This document shows, piece by piece, positions 7,383-15,520 of a DNA stretch of 15,734 nucleotides (position 1 is its first letter; every line of letters begins with the position of its first letter). A program made the position numbers and the translations under genes. Below the pieces are notes generated by a model, which did no database searches, was not told the DNA's origin, and saw only the letters and a list, made by a program, of their open reading frames with translations. The stretch is from a virus: the UHGV virus genome UHGV-0194232. One strand, 5' to 3'.

Positions 7383-8411
7383 TTATTTCACCTGAACCAC
7401 CACAAACGCGTCAGGATCCGGCAACACCATCAACGGCGCAGACTGCGTCATGGTATATTCGCAACCAGGATCACCCACCTCCAGCCAGTGTTTTGGATAA
7501 CGAATTGCAGAGGTGATCCCTTCACTCAGCGCCTGATTATCCTGAATGGCACCATAACAACGGACGCCTTCCGCCTGAGTATTCCCCAGAATCAGTGTAC
7601 CTTCCGGCAGATAACGCTGTTCATCCCCGTTTTCGTCAACATACGTTGTCTTCGCCACAACAATGGCCAGATCACCGTAATACCCCTTAAAAGAGACCAC
7701 TGAGCCCAGATCTTTCAGCGCGGTTTCCAGTTCCGATTTTGAACCACGACGGGTATCCAGTTTTTCACGGAAAAGCTTAAAGCCATTCAGCATACGCCAG
7801 ACCGTGCCATCCATAATCGCGATATTGATGGTCCCTGAGGCAAAATCGCAGTACGCATCCAGATCGTGCGTTGGATCAAAGGTGTCAGCATTCTGCTGTG
7901 ACCATTCGCGTCCGCCAGCCTGCGTAATGTTATTGACGGCAGAGCGCCCAAAATCCACTTCCACCGTCTCAAACTGTTCCCCGCTCATGGTGTACTTCCC
8001 CTGCAGAACGGCACTGACCGCCTGCATTTCTTCCACCTGCACAATCGCCTGCTCTTCCTGCTTCAGGTTGTCAGTCAGAATACGCAGGCGGCGGTAGGCC
8101 GGGTCATTAAGACGGGCCGGATCTTCCCCCGGCAGACGTTCCACTGCCTGCTGATAATCAAAGCGGTGTTTTGGTTTTACATAACCGGGACGTAACACGC
8201 GGGTTTCACCACCACGGCTGCGCAGCACTTTGCCTGACACCACCGGAGACACATACGCCGCAACCGGTGTTTTGCCGGTAATTTTATCCAGCATGACTTC
8301 CTGAGTATGGAAAGTGATCGTGCGACGAAAGAACAGCTCCAGAAACAGCGCACGAAATTTCACTTTCTGCTCGGTGTACCCGAGTAACTGACGCGTGGTA
8401 AATAACCCCAT
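7383..8411 (-). CDS. E: Major capsid protein, lambda gpE-like (342 aa)
   Basis: Full-length collinear similarity to recalled lambda gpE, including identical blocks AIVQVEEMQAVSAVL, LRPGYVKPKH-type motif, DTRRGSKSELETA and TQSAPLM. Length 342 vs 341 aa in lambda. Confidence 0.95.
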   Translation of the reverse strand: MGLFTTRQLLGYTEQKVKFRALFLELFFRRTITFHTQEVMLDKITGKTPVAAYVSPVVSGKVLRSRGGETRVLRPGYVKPKHRFDYQQAVERLPGEDPARLNDPAYRRLRILTDNLKQEEQAIVQVEEMQAVSAVLQGKYTMSGEQFETVEVDFGRSAVNNITQAGGREWSQQNADTFDPTHDLDAYCDFASGTINIAIMDGTVWRMLNGFKLFREKLDTRRGSKSELETALKDLGSVVSFKGYYGDLAIVVAKTTYVDENGDEQRYLPEGTLILGNTQAEGVRCYGAIQDNQALSEGITSAIRYPKHWLEVGDPGCEYTMTQSAPLMVLPDPDAFVVVQVK

Positions 8412-8434
8412 AATTTATTTTCCTTCAGAAACAC

Positions 8435-8462
8435 AAACGGGCCGCATCGCGACCCGTTTTTT
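8435..8462 (-). terminator. Stem-loop between D and E, terminator-like in both orientations (possible attenuator)
   Basis: Inverted repeat aaacgggccgc/gcgacccgttt (8435-8459) giving roughly an 8-bp stem with one G:U pair. A T6 run follows on the plus strand (8457-8462) and UUUGUGUUUCU follows on the minus strand. Confidence 0.35.
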
Positions 8463-8480
8463 CAGTCAATCACTTCACCA

Positions 8481-8816
8481 TCAGGCGTGGCTGATGGCAC
8501 TTCCCACAAATGCGTTGGCTTTTTTCACCGCATCCACAGAGTCAGGCCAGACCAGCGACTCAGTGGCAAACGTACCGCTTTTGTAGTACGTCAGTGTGGG
8601 TTCTGTTCCGGCAAGCGCCAGAGCCAACACGCCCACTGCCGTTCCGGCTTTCTGACCATCCCATGCCACCAGTTTGCCGGTGGCGTCATCCAGCATCAGT
8701 GGCGTCAGTGCAGGCGTGGCAGCACTGATACCACTGGTGGCTGTTGCGGTATGCGCCGGATCGCTTCCGGCAAAAATATGCACATCCGCGCGCTTTTCTG
8801 TGGTTGTTTTAATCAT
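8481..8816 (-). CDS. D: Head decoration protein, lambda gpD-like (111 aa)
   Basis: [22 protein letters not shown] and YKSGTF motifs are collinear with recalled lambda gpD. AGGAGA Shine-Dalgarno 8 nt upstream of ATG 8816. Confidence 0.95.
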   Translation of the reverse strand: MIKTTTEKRADVHIFAGSDPAHTATATSGISAATPALTPLMLDDATGKLVAWDGQKAGTAVGVLALALAGTEPTLTYYKSGTFATESLVWPDSVDAVKKANAFVGSAISHA

Positions 8817-8854
8817 TTTTCAGTCTCCTGATTTATCTGAATCACGGATAACGC

Positions 8855-9565
8855 TTACGGCATACTCATCAGCAGATCTTCTTCTCCGTGCCCGGCAGTT
8901 CCGCCTCCGGAAACCGCACTGGCAGCATGCTGTGCCATAAAGCGATCAAAAAGTGTTTCCTGTGACGGTTGCGATGCCGCCGGTGCGGCTGCCAGCAACG
9001 TTTTCGCCTGCGCCACCGTCATTCCCGGTTGTTCTGCCAGTGCCTGTGCAAGTTGCTTGCGCCCTTTCGCCTCCGGCAGCGCCATAATCTGATCGCCGAC
9101 ACTTGGAGAACCGGCAACCGGTGCCGCCGCCAGTAACGTTTTTGCCTGGTCAACGGTCATTCCCGGCTGTTCAGCCAGCGCCTGCGCGAGTTGTTCACGC
9201 CCTTTAGCTTCCGGCAACGCCATAATCTGATCGCCTGTGCCTGCAGCACCGGCAGCAGGGGCTGCCGCCAGAAACGCTTTCGCCTGCTCCACCGTCATCC
9301 CCGGTTGACCTGCCAGCATCTGTGCCAGTTGCTCACGCCCCTTTGCTTCCGGCAGCGCCATAATCTGATCACCCGTGCTGTCAGTACCGGCAACCGGCGC
9401 AGCTGCAAGCAACGTTTTCGCCTGCTCAACCGTCATTCCAGGCTGACCTGCCAGCATTTGCGCCAGTTGCTCGCGCCCTTTCGCCTCCTGACAATTCAGG
9501 ATCCCCATCACGCGCTGATTTTCCTGGGCCACCGCTTCAGCAACGGTGAGATTTTTAACAGTCAT
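8855..9565 (-). CDS. Nu3-like scaffolding protein, in-frame nested within the 3' part of C (236 aa)
   Basis: Internal ATG at 9565 (MTVKNLTVAEAV...) is preceded by a strong AAGGAG Shine-Dalgarno at about 5 nt. By analogy with lambda Nu3, which is translated in-frame from inside C. The region contains the MGILNC and GMTV motifs seen in the lambda C/Nu3 C-terminus. Confidence 0.5.
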   Translation of the reverse strand: MTVKNLTVAEAVAQENQRVMGILNCQEAKGREQLAQMLAGQPGMTVEQAKTLLAAAPVAGTDSTGDQIMALPEAKGREQLAQMLAGQPGMTVEQAKAFLAAAPAAGAAGTGDQIMALPEAKGREQLAQALAEQPGMTVDQAKTLLAAAPVAGSPSVGDQIMALPEAKGRKQLAQALAEQPGMTVAQAKTLLAAAPAASQPSQETLFDRFMAQHAASAVSGGGTAGHGEEDLLMSMP

Positions 9566-10471
9566 TGCATTCTCCTTCGTAACAGAGTCATTCAGTGCAG
9601 AAACCATCACTTCAACGGCATCTGCAGCATTAATCAGTTGATCAGCCAGGCCTGCATCAATGCCTGCCTGACCGTCATAAACGGCAGCCTCAGTATTCAT
9701 CACCGCCTCTGAACTCAGCCCCGTATAAAGCGCCACTTTGTCGACAAACATCCGGCGGGCCTCATCAATACGGCGCTGAAAATCTGCACGCACACCTGCC
9801 GGCAATGCCTGAATACTGTTGCCGTCAACCTTGTGCTGCCCGGAGTAAATCAGCGTGATATCCACCCCTTCCTGTGCCAGTTGTTTCTCGTAACTGGTGT
9901 GCGCCATCATCACACCAATCGAACCAATTTTTGCCGTCTGCGTGACCAGCCGACGCGTACAGGCTGCCGCCAGCAACATGGCGGCTGAACAGGCCATATC
10001 ATTACACAGCGCCCACACGGGCTTCTGTTCCCGCAGGCGGTAAATCATGTCAGCACAGTCAAACGCCCCGGCAGCCTGACCGCCCGGGCTGTCGATATCC
10101 AGCAAAATGCCGCGCACATCCGGATCATTCACCGCCATCTGAAGACGGGCCGTCAGGCCGTCATAGCCTGTCATGCCGGAGTAAGGGCGCAGGGTACCCA
10201 GTTTATGCACCAGCGTGCCGCTCACCGGCAGAATGGCGATGCCATTCTTCACCTGGTAACTCTTTGCCGGACGCTGACCGCCCGCCATATAGTCAGTCAC
10301 AGCCAGTTGCATACCATCAGCATCAAGCTGAACAGCCTGCTGAGGAACGGCAAGGCTGCCGGCCCCCATCTCTTTACCCAGCGCGCAAAAGAAAACCCGC
10401 GCATAGGCGGGTTCCAGTAAAAGCGGCTCATTAAATGCCATGGCGGCAATATGCGATAAATTACGACGCAT
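8855..10471 (-). CDS. C: Prohead protease / minor capsid protein, lambda gpC-like (S49 peptidase family), 538 aa with an expanded repeat-containing C-terminus
   Basis: N-terminal ~300 aa align with recalled lambda gpC (HIAAMAFNEPLLLEPAYARVFFCAL vs HIASMAFNEPLMLEPAYARVFFCAL; VTQTAKIGSIGVMMAH; ITLIYSGQHKVDGN). The ATG at 10471 overlaps the portal stop. It is about 100 aa longer than lambda C because of the tandem repeats. Confidence 0.9.
   Translation of the reverse strand: MRRNLSHIAAMAFNEPLLLEPAYARVFFCALGKEMGAGSLAVPQQAVQLDADGMQLAVTDYMAGGQRPAKSYQVKNGIAILPVSGTLVHKLGTLRPYSGMTGYDGLTARLQMAVNDPDVRGILLDIDSPGGQAAGAFDCADMIYRLREQKPVWALCNDMACSAAMLLAAACTRRLVTQTAKIGSIGVMMAHTSYEKQLAQEGVDITLIYSGQHKVDGNSIQALPAGVRADFQRRIDEARRMFVDKVALYTGLSSEAVMNTEAAVYDGQAGIDAGLADQLINAADAVEVMVSALNDSVTKENAMTVKNLTVAEAVAQENQRVMGILNCQEAKGREQLAQMLAGQPGMTVEQAKTLLAAAPVAGTDSTGDQIMALPEAKGREQLAQMLAGQPGMTVEQAKAFLAAAPAAGAAGTGDQIMALPEAKGREQLAQALAEQPGMTVDQAKTLLAAAPVAGSPSVGDQIMALPEAKGRKQLAQALAEQPGMTVAQAKTLLAAAPAASQPSQETLFDRFMAQHAASAVSGGGTAGHGEEDLLMSMP
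8978..9487 (-). repeat. In-frame tandem repeat, 138-bp unit (46 aa), about 3.7 copies, inside the scaffold domain of C/Nu3
   Basis: Protein unit ALPEAKGREQLAQ(M/A)LA(G/E)QPGMTV(E/D/A)QAK(T/A)(L/F)LAAAP(V/A)AG...GDQIM occurs four times. At DNA level the landmark gccataatctgatc recurs at 9083, 9221 and 9359 (period 138). Copies are about 80% identical by eye. Lambda C has a single copy of the corresponding segment. Confidence 0.85.
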
Positions 10472-12032
10472 CGCCTTTTCCTCCCGTTGTCTGTCGGATC
10501 TGCTGCTGAAACGTATCCTTTATCCAGATGGGGCGGGGAAGACCGGCAGCCTGTCGCTCCTGGCTTTCACGCAGTTGCTGGCGGAAAATCTCCTGATAGT
10601 CATCTCCCATCAGGGCCAGCTCCTTCTCGTATGTACTCAGGCCACCTTCAATACGCATCACCGCCTCCTGCACCTCCTTAAGGCCATCAATCGCCATGCG
10701 GCCGGCACCAATCCACTCGGCACGACACCACCCGGAACGGGCCTCCCAGAATGAGAAACGGGATTTCGGCGGGCGGATCACACCGCGAATAAGGGCTTCC
10801 TCCAGCCAGCAGGCAAACATCTGTGATGCCAGACGGCTGGCCACAAATTTTCGTTTCCCCATAAAATACCGCCACGACTCATTGGCGGATGCCCTGGCAC
10901 TGGAATAACTGACCTGTGAATAATCACGGGAAAGTTGCTCATAGGACACGCCCAGTCCGGCAGCAATGTAACGTAACAGCGCCTTTTCCAGTTCAGAGAA
11001 ACCATTATCCGCATTCTGTGCTGTCTGCAGATTCAGTGAATCCCCCGGATAAAGATGCGGAATACGAACCCCACCCATCTTTACCGTATTGGTGGCGTAA
11101 TAGCGCGCATACCCTTTCATGATGGTGTTCAGGGGATTTTTACCGCCATCTCCCACCCCGGCGATATATTCAAATGCTTTTTCCGAATCCAGTGTGGATT
11201 CAATCGTCGCGGCATACATCGCCCGCACCACCGCCGACTGCAGTTGCGTGGCCTGTAGTGTGTCGAGCATCTTGAGGCGCTCCATCACGGAATAAAACTG
11301 GTTGGCCCCGCGCGTCTGTCCGTCCTCCTGCGGCTGAAACACATGGATCATTCCCGGTCGCCCGGAGGGCAGCGTCGCCGCAATCCGTGTCCAGTTGCTG
11401 ACACCGTAGCCAGGCCAGTCATCGTCCTGAACATGATAAGCCATCGCCTTTCCGTGACGGTTGATTTCCACTCCGGCACGCATAAAACGATCGCCGATGC
11501 CATAACCGGGCGTGCTGACGCGCTTCGGACTGATGGTCTTGAATTTTGTTCTGAATAATGACGTGGATTCCGTATCCCATACGGGCTGGACAAAAATTTC
11601 ACCGTTAAAAGTATGGACCCCCACCCCTTCACGAATAAATTCGGTAAACGAGCGACGCCCTTCCACATCCATCGAACCAAATACCGGATCGCAATATTCC
11701 ATCCACGCCGCCTCCACATCTTCAATAAAGGCATGCGAATCAGCTTCTGACATCCCCAGCCAGCGCCAGTTGGGTCGGTAGCTCAGGCGAAACATGTGAC
11801 CGACGATATGGTCTTTATGAATTTCCACAGCATTTGCGGCAATACCGTTGTTACGGACCAGATCGTCCGCACGGGCGTTACCCAGCTGAATGGAAGGTAA
11901 GAGCGCCACATCAGCACTTTCCGGTGCTGGCAACCATTCAGCCAGTTGCCCACCGAATCCGGAGCCGCCGCCGGAATATCCCATACTCTGCCGCAAAGGT
12001 TGCCCGTGAAGATCCACCAGTCCCCCGCTCAC
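10461..12032 (-). CDS. B: Portal protein, lambda gpB-like (523 aa)
   Basis: Collinear with recalled lambda gpB (GGGSGFGGQL, GNARADDLVRNNG, FRTKFKTISPKR, DGQTRGAN, LRYIAAGLGVSYEQLSR, GRMAIDGLKEVQEAVM). Starts with GTG at 12032, with AGGAG about 8 nt upstream; overlaps the W stop. Confidence 0.95.
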   Translation of the reverse strand: MSGGLVDLHGQPLRQSMGYSGGGSGFGGQLAEWLPAPESADVALLPSIQLGNARADDLVRNNGIAANAVEIHKDHIVGHMFRLSYRPNWRWLGMSEADSHAFIEDVEAAWMEYCDPVFGSMDVEGRRSFTEFIREGVGVHTFNGEIFVQPVWDTESTSLFRTKFKTISPKRVSTPGYGIGDRFMRAGVEINRHGKAMAYHVQDDDWPGYGVSNWTRIAATLPSGRPGMIHVFQPQEDGQTRGANQFYSVMERLKMLDTLQATQLQSAVVRAMYAATIESTLDSEKAFEYIAGVGDGGKNPLNTIMKGYARYYATNTVKMGGVRIPHLYPGDSLNLQTAQNADNGFSELEKALLRYIAAGLGVSYEQLSRDYSQVSYSSARASANESWRYFMGKRKFVASRLASQMFACWLEEALIRGVIRPPKSRFSFWEARSGWCRAEWIGAGRMAIDGLKEVQEAVMRIEGGLSTYEKELALMGDDYQEIFRQQLRESQERQAAGLPRPIWIKDTFQQQIRQTTGGKGDAS

Positions 12033-12238
12033 AGTCGTACTCCTGCAGGGCCACGGCGACGACCGGACATTCCAAGCGCACTTTCAATTTCCTCAATATA
12101 TCGCCGTAATTCATTAATCGTCGCCCGCGAATACTGTATCTGTCGTCCGTTCTTACTGACAGAAGCCACAGCACGCCCGATCATCAGTTCATGCAGCGCC
12201 CGACGCGCTTCGCAAAGCATCTCATGTGTATAAATCAT
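12029..12238 (-). CDS. W: Head-tail connector / DNA stabilisation protein, lambda gpW-like (69 aa)
   Basis: ARRALHELMIGRAVASVSKNGRQIQY...RRRGPAGV matches recalled lambda gpW ([26 protein letters not shown]...RRRGPAGF). ATG at 12238 with GGAGGA 6 nt upstream. Confidence 0.85.
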   Translation of the reverse strand: MIYTHEMLCEARRALHELMIGRAVASVSKNGRQIQYSRATINELRRYIEEIESALGMSGRRRGPAGVRL

Positions 12239-12241
12239 CAC

Positions 12242-14158
12242 TTATCCTCCACTCAGTGCAGCCGCAATTTCTTCCAGACTCATATCATCCTCATCCTGCT
12301 CATCTCTTCGTGCCCGGGCCAGTGCCTCAAGGTCCAGTTGCCATCGTTGAACTGAAATACGCAGGGCAGCATAGGCATATACCAGGCAGTCGAGGGCTTC
12401 ATTGCGTCGCCCTTTTTTATCCCACAGCAGTTTCACCCTGCCATTAACCACCTTCTCCACCAGTTCTTCCGCCACGATTTGACGCGCCTCTTCTTCCGAA
12501 AAAATGTCCGGGTTATCCGGAAAGCGGAAGGTATACGGGGCGGCTTCACTGGCAGAAACCACCGGCAGGGCAAAACGGGCGTACAGCATTTCCTTGACGG
12601 TATCGGAGCCCACCTCACACAAAAACACACCACGCTGGTTACGCTTTTTGGGCATGGTGATCACCGGCTTGCCGTACACCGATGCCCCTTTAATGGGAAG
12701 CACAAAAAAAGTGCCGTGTTTTCTGGAACGCTGATACACAATGTCCTGGTCAATACCACCGGTATCCCAGCAGACACGGGAAATGGAAATTTCAGTACCG
12801 TCAGCATGGCGGTATTTTTTCCGGATCACCGCATCAACACGTTTAAGGGTGTCCTCGTCTTCCGGTCGCCCCATGATAATTTGCTTGTCAATCAGAAAGG
12901 CTTCTTCGCCAGGAGCCCAGCCCCAGACATAAATTTCATAGCGATCTTTCTGGGAGTCGATCCCGGCGGTCAGGTAAACCACCCGCAGGGGAACCTGCGC
13001 GCCATAGTGACAGACCTTTTCCAGCAATAACTCGAAACTCAGCTTTTCTGCCACAGCCTCTTCATAGGGCTCCCCGAGTGTGGTGTTAATAAACGTCTTG
13101 ACGCCGTTCGGATCCTTCAGCGCATCCAGCCAGTCGTAGACAATCTGCACCCAGGTGGTGAACGGACTGTACGCCGTCCAGATGTGGTACGAGATTGAGC
13201 GTGGTGGCGGCATCTCCTCATCACCGGCGCTGTAAAATGTCAGGCCGTCACGCGTCCACATCCCGGTATTGTCACAAATCCAGCGTCCGTCGGTCTGGTC
13301 AAGTTCCGACTGCCGGATCACACAGCCATTATGTTCACACAGGTAATACACCGTTTCCGGTTTACCCTTCTCCCATTTCAGGCCAAACGGCGTCGCATCA
13401 TCGCCAAACTTCAGATACTGGGTCTCCCCGCAATGAGGGCAAGGGACATAAAACCGCATGAAATGCGCAGATTCATTCGTGGCTTTCTCAATCTGGCAGG
13501 AGCCTTTAATTTTTGGCGTTGAGCCGCGTATGGATTTAGGCCATACCGAGCCTTCGATACGTTTATCGCCAAGCAACGTCGGCGAACCTTCTTTTTCCAC
13601 ATCCGGTTCAAACGAGGAGAGTTCGTCATAGCAGACCACATCCACAGATTTTTCACGGTAGTTTTTAGCAGCGGCACCACCCAGGCACCAGAAACCCACG
13701 CCGGAGGAAAAACGCTTCAGGGTGAGTGTATTATCGCGGTGCTTTCTTCCGAACCATGGAGCCAGCTCCAGCAATGCAGGGACATCCCTTATCGTTGGCT
13801 CAACATGAGATTTCATGAAATCTTCTGCAGCAGAATCTGTTGGCTGAAAAAGCAGACTGTTACGGGATTTATGCTCAATAAAATAAGCCTCCACCCCCAA
13901 CAGCATTTTGGTGTAACCAACGCGCGCCGATTTAATCAGATTAACAGTGCGGATCCGGTCATTTCCCATGCTGTTCATAATGGCGATCTGAAACGGCAGT
14001 GTTTCCCATTGCCCGGGGGTATATGAAGACTCTTTCGGCAGATAATAATGTCGATCAGCCCACTGAACTGTCGTCAGTGGAACCGGAATATTGAGAGATA
14101 AAAGCCCTGTGACTATCGCACCGGCTGCATTAGCTGCCTTCTGTGCGTCTGAAATCAT
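12242..14158 (-). CDS. A: Terminase large subunit, lambda gpA-like (638 aa)
   Basis: Extensive collinear identity with recalled lambda gpA ([156 protein letters not shown]). Start chosen at ATG 14158: it has an AGGTGGA Shine-Dalgarno and gives a lambda-like N-terminal length. ATG 14200 (ORF track) has no Shine-Dalgarno. Confidence 0.95.
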   Translation of the reverse strand: MISDAQKAANAAGAIVTGLLSLNIPVPLTTVQWADRHYYLPKESSYTPGQWETLPFQIAIMNSMGNDRIRTVNLIKSARVGYTKMLLGVEAYFIEHKSRNSLLFQPTDSAAEDFMKSHVEPTIRDVPALLELAPWFGRKHRDNTLTLKRFSSGVGFWCLGGAAAKNYREKSVDVVCYDELSSFEPDVEKEGSPTLLGDKRIEGSVWPKSIRGSTPKIKGSCQIEKATNESAHFMRFYVPCPHCGETQYLKFGDDATPFGLKWEKGKPETVYYLCEHNGCVIRQSELDQTDGRWICDNTGMWTRDGLTFYSAGDEEMPPPRSISYHIWTAYSPFTTWVQIVYDWLDALKDPNGVKTFINTTLGEPYEEAVAEKLSFELLLEKVCHYGAQVPLRVVYLTAGIDSQKDRYEIYVWGWAPGEEAFLIDKQIIMGRPEDEDTLKRVDAVIRKKYRHADGTEISISRVCWDTGGIDQDIVYQRSRKHGTFFVLPIKGASVYGKPVITMPKKRNQRGVFLCEVGSDTVKEMLYARFALPVVSASEAAPYTFRFPDNPDIFSEEEARQIVAEELVEKVVNGRVKLLWDKKGRRNEALDCLVYAYAALRISVQRWQLDLEALARARRDEQDEDDMSLEEIAAALSGG

Positions 14159-14678
14159 CAATCCACCTGCCCACGTTTTCACCGGCTTTAGCTGCAACAT
14201 TGGAGGCTTTTGCGATTTCAGTTTTCACCACATCAAGGTGTGACGGTGAAATATCCGGATATTTACGCTGTAATGTCAGCGGCACTCGTACAAGTATTCC
14301 CGAAATCTCCTGAGCCACACGTTGCAGAATGAAGGTAAACAATTCCGTTTCCAGCACCAGCCCTTCTTCGCGGGCATTTTTCAGCTCCTGTGCGTCAGCC
14401 TGTGCTTTTGTGAGCCGGTAGCGTTCATAGTCAATGGTGCCGGGTTGTAAATCTGATTCTGCAGCCGCACGCAAGTCTTCCAGTTCTTTGCGGAGCTTTT
14501 CGTTTTCGATATCTTTTTCCCGCTGCGCATACCACTCAATGGCTTCTGCAGTATTGAACATGGCCTCGATGCCTTTGCCTCCCCCCGACAAAATTCTCAG
14601 CCCCTGACTTTGCCAGCCAGTGATTGTTCTGACATCGCACTCAAAAATCTCCGCCAGTTTCTTTTTGTTAACCTTCAT
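14130..14678 (-). CDS. nu1: Terminase small subunit, lambda gpNu1-like (182 aa)
   Basis: [12 protein letters not shown]...[10 protein letters not shown]...GGGKG...IENEKLR...[28 protein letters not shown] matches recalled lambda Nu1 nearly collinearly. ATG at 14678 with GAGGG about 9 nt upstream. The 3' end overlaps the A start, as in lambda. Confidence 0.95.
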   Translation of the reverse strand: MKVNKKKLAEIFECDVRTITGWQSQGLRILSGGGKGIEAMFNTAEAIEWYAQREKDIENEKLRKELEDLRAAAESDLQPGTIDYERYRLTKAQADAQELKNAREEGLVLETELFTFILQRVAQEISGILVRVPLTLQRKYPDISPSHLDVVKTEIAKASNVAAKAGENVGRWIDDFRRTEGS

Positions 14679-14699
14679 GTCACACATCCCTCACAAAAA

Positions 14700-14812
14700 G
14701 AAGAAAGGATCTCAAAACGCTTTTTTCAGCGAAAAATTACCGCTGCCAGATCCTTTCTTTTTTTCAAGAAAATCATATTAAACAACAGGTTAGCCAGAAG
14801 AAGAACGGATCT
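14700..14812 (-). promoter_or_regulatory. cosB-like terminase binding region with three R-type repeats (R1, R2 inverted, R3)
   Basis: agaaaggatct (14702-14712) and its inverted copy agatcctttct (14748-14758), plus agatccgttcttcttc (reverse complement of 14797-14812). These are positioned like lambda R1/R2/R3 (CGTTTCCTTTCT, GAAAGGAAACG, CGTTTCCGTTCTTCTTCG) relative to the Nu1 start. The adjacent 19-mer GCTATTTATGAAAATTTTC (reverse complement of 14824-14842) is identical to lambda sequence just right of cosN, as recalled. Confidence 0.65.
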
Positions 14813-14853
14813 GCTTTTTCCCTGAAAATTTTCATAAATAGCGCGTTTTTGCG

Positions 14854-14865
14854 CGTACGCGTACC
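14854..14865 (-). other. Candidate cosN (predicted 12-nt cohesive end GGTACGCGTACG, minus-strand orientation)
   Basis: A gapless alignment anchored on the conserved GCTATTTATGAAAATTTTC block puts lambda cosN (GGGCGGCGACCT) onto this 12-mer. It is centred on a perfect 10-bp palindrome GTACGCGTAC, consistent with the two-fold symmetry of terminase nicking sites. Distance to the Nu1 ATG is about 180 bp, as in lambda. Confidence 0.4.
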
Positions 14866-15084
14866 CTCGGTGTTTCAGATTCCGGAAAGGACCCGCACAA
14901 ATGGGAGCGTTTATCATTAACATTTACAGATAAGATGACGTACATCATTGAAACGCCATTCAGCCATATACCGGCAGCATTCGTAGTTGCACTCCGTAAC
15001 TCTGCGACTAAGGTTAAAAACATGGCCCTCTTTTGCCACCGGCAAATCTTCAATGGATTTCCCCTGCCGGTTTTTTATTTCTCA

Positions 15085-15123
15085 CATTACAGCAGCCCCT
15101 TAGAGTGAAGGGCTGCTGTAATG
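15085..15123. other. Strong stem-loop (14-bp stem, 11-nt loop) directly 3' of the 130 aa gene
   Basis: cattacagcagccc (15085-15098) pairs with gggctgctgtaatg (15110-15123). A T-run precedes it on the plus strand (15071-15080), but no U-run follows it in either transcript orientation. Confidence 0.5.
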
Positions 15124-15127
15124 CCTG

Positions 15128-15520
15128 TTACTCACGAATCAGGCGAGCACTCTTACTATTCATTTCAATACGCGAATACTGCGGTTTACCATAAATGATG
15201 TCTGTCATTACGAACACCTCACCCGGCTGCAGTTCAACTGCACCTTCCGGTAATTTCATACCAGCAAATACCGGACAGCCCGGATGGCGATCATCTTCTG
15301 TTGCTTCCAGCATTGACTCACCAAACCACGCCGTTGTGGCGCGACCATCAGCAGCCTTGTAGTGGATCAAGTACTGGTTTTCGCCATCCGCATACTGCGC
15401 GCGAGCTTTAACCTCACCCCATTCATCACTGATGCGCATCTCCACCAGTTGTGACAGTTCAAACTTAAACGGAACAGCCACAGCACCAATTACCATTGGT
15501 TTGTCTTCTTTCTTTTCCAT
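15128..15520 (-). CDS. Hypothetical protein (130 aa) at the cos-proximal right end of the phage genome
   Basis: ORF 15128..15571; start chosen at ATG 15520 (MEKKEDKPMVIG...) because of an AGGAG Shine-Dalgarno 7 nt upstream; the upstream ATG at 15571 lacks one. Same strand as all other genes. No homolog recognised. Confidence 0.55.
   Translation of the reverse strand: MEKKEDKPMVIGAVAVPFKFELSQLVEMRISDEWGEVKARAQYADGENQYLIHYKAADGRATTAWFGESMLEATEDDRHPGCPVFAGMKLPEGAVELQPGEVFVMTDIIYGKPQYSRIEMNSKSARLIRE

Noticed and set aside
8978-9487. 138-bp tandem repeats as a possible CRISPR array or satellite
   Set aside because: The repeats are in-frame inside gene C and encode a repeated protein module. There are no unique spacers alternating with a short conserved repeat, and no cas genes.
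12029-14687. Longest-ORF starts for W (GTG 12241), A (ATG 14200) and Nu1 (ATG 14687)
   Set aside because: Slightly downstream ATGs (12238, 14158, 14678) have proper Shine-Dalgarno spacing and reproduce lambda N-terminal lengths. The longest-ORF starts lack ribosome binding sites.
14761-14790. IHF site (I1) between R3 and R2 in cosB
   Set aside because: No match to WATCAANNNNTTR better than 5 of 9 consensus positions was found by eye in either orientation. A site may exist but cannot be supported.
15085-15123. Hairpin after the 130 aa gene as a rho-independent terminator
   Set aside because: The stem is strong, but no U-tract follows it in either transcript orientation (a T-run precedes it on the plus strand), so it does not fit the canonical intrinsic terminator pattern. 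Kept only as a structural feature.
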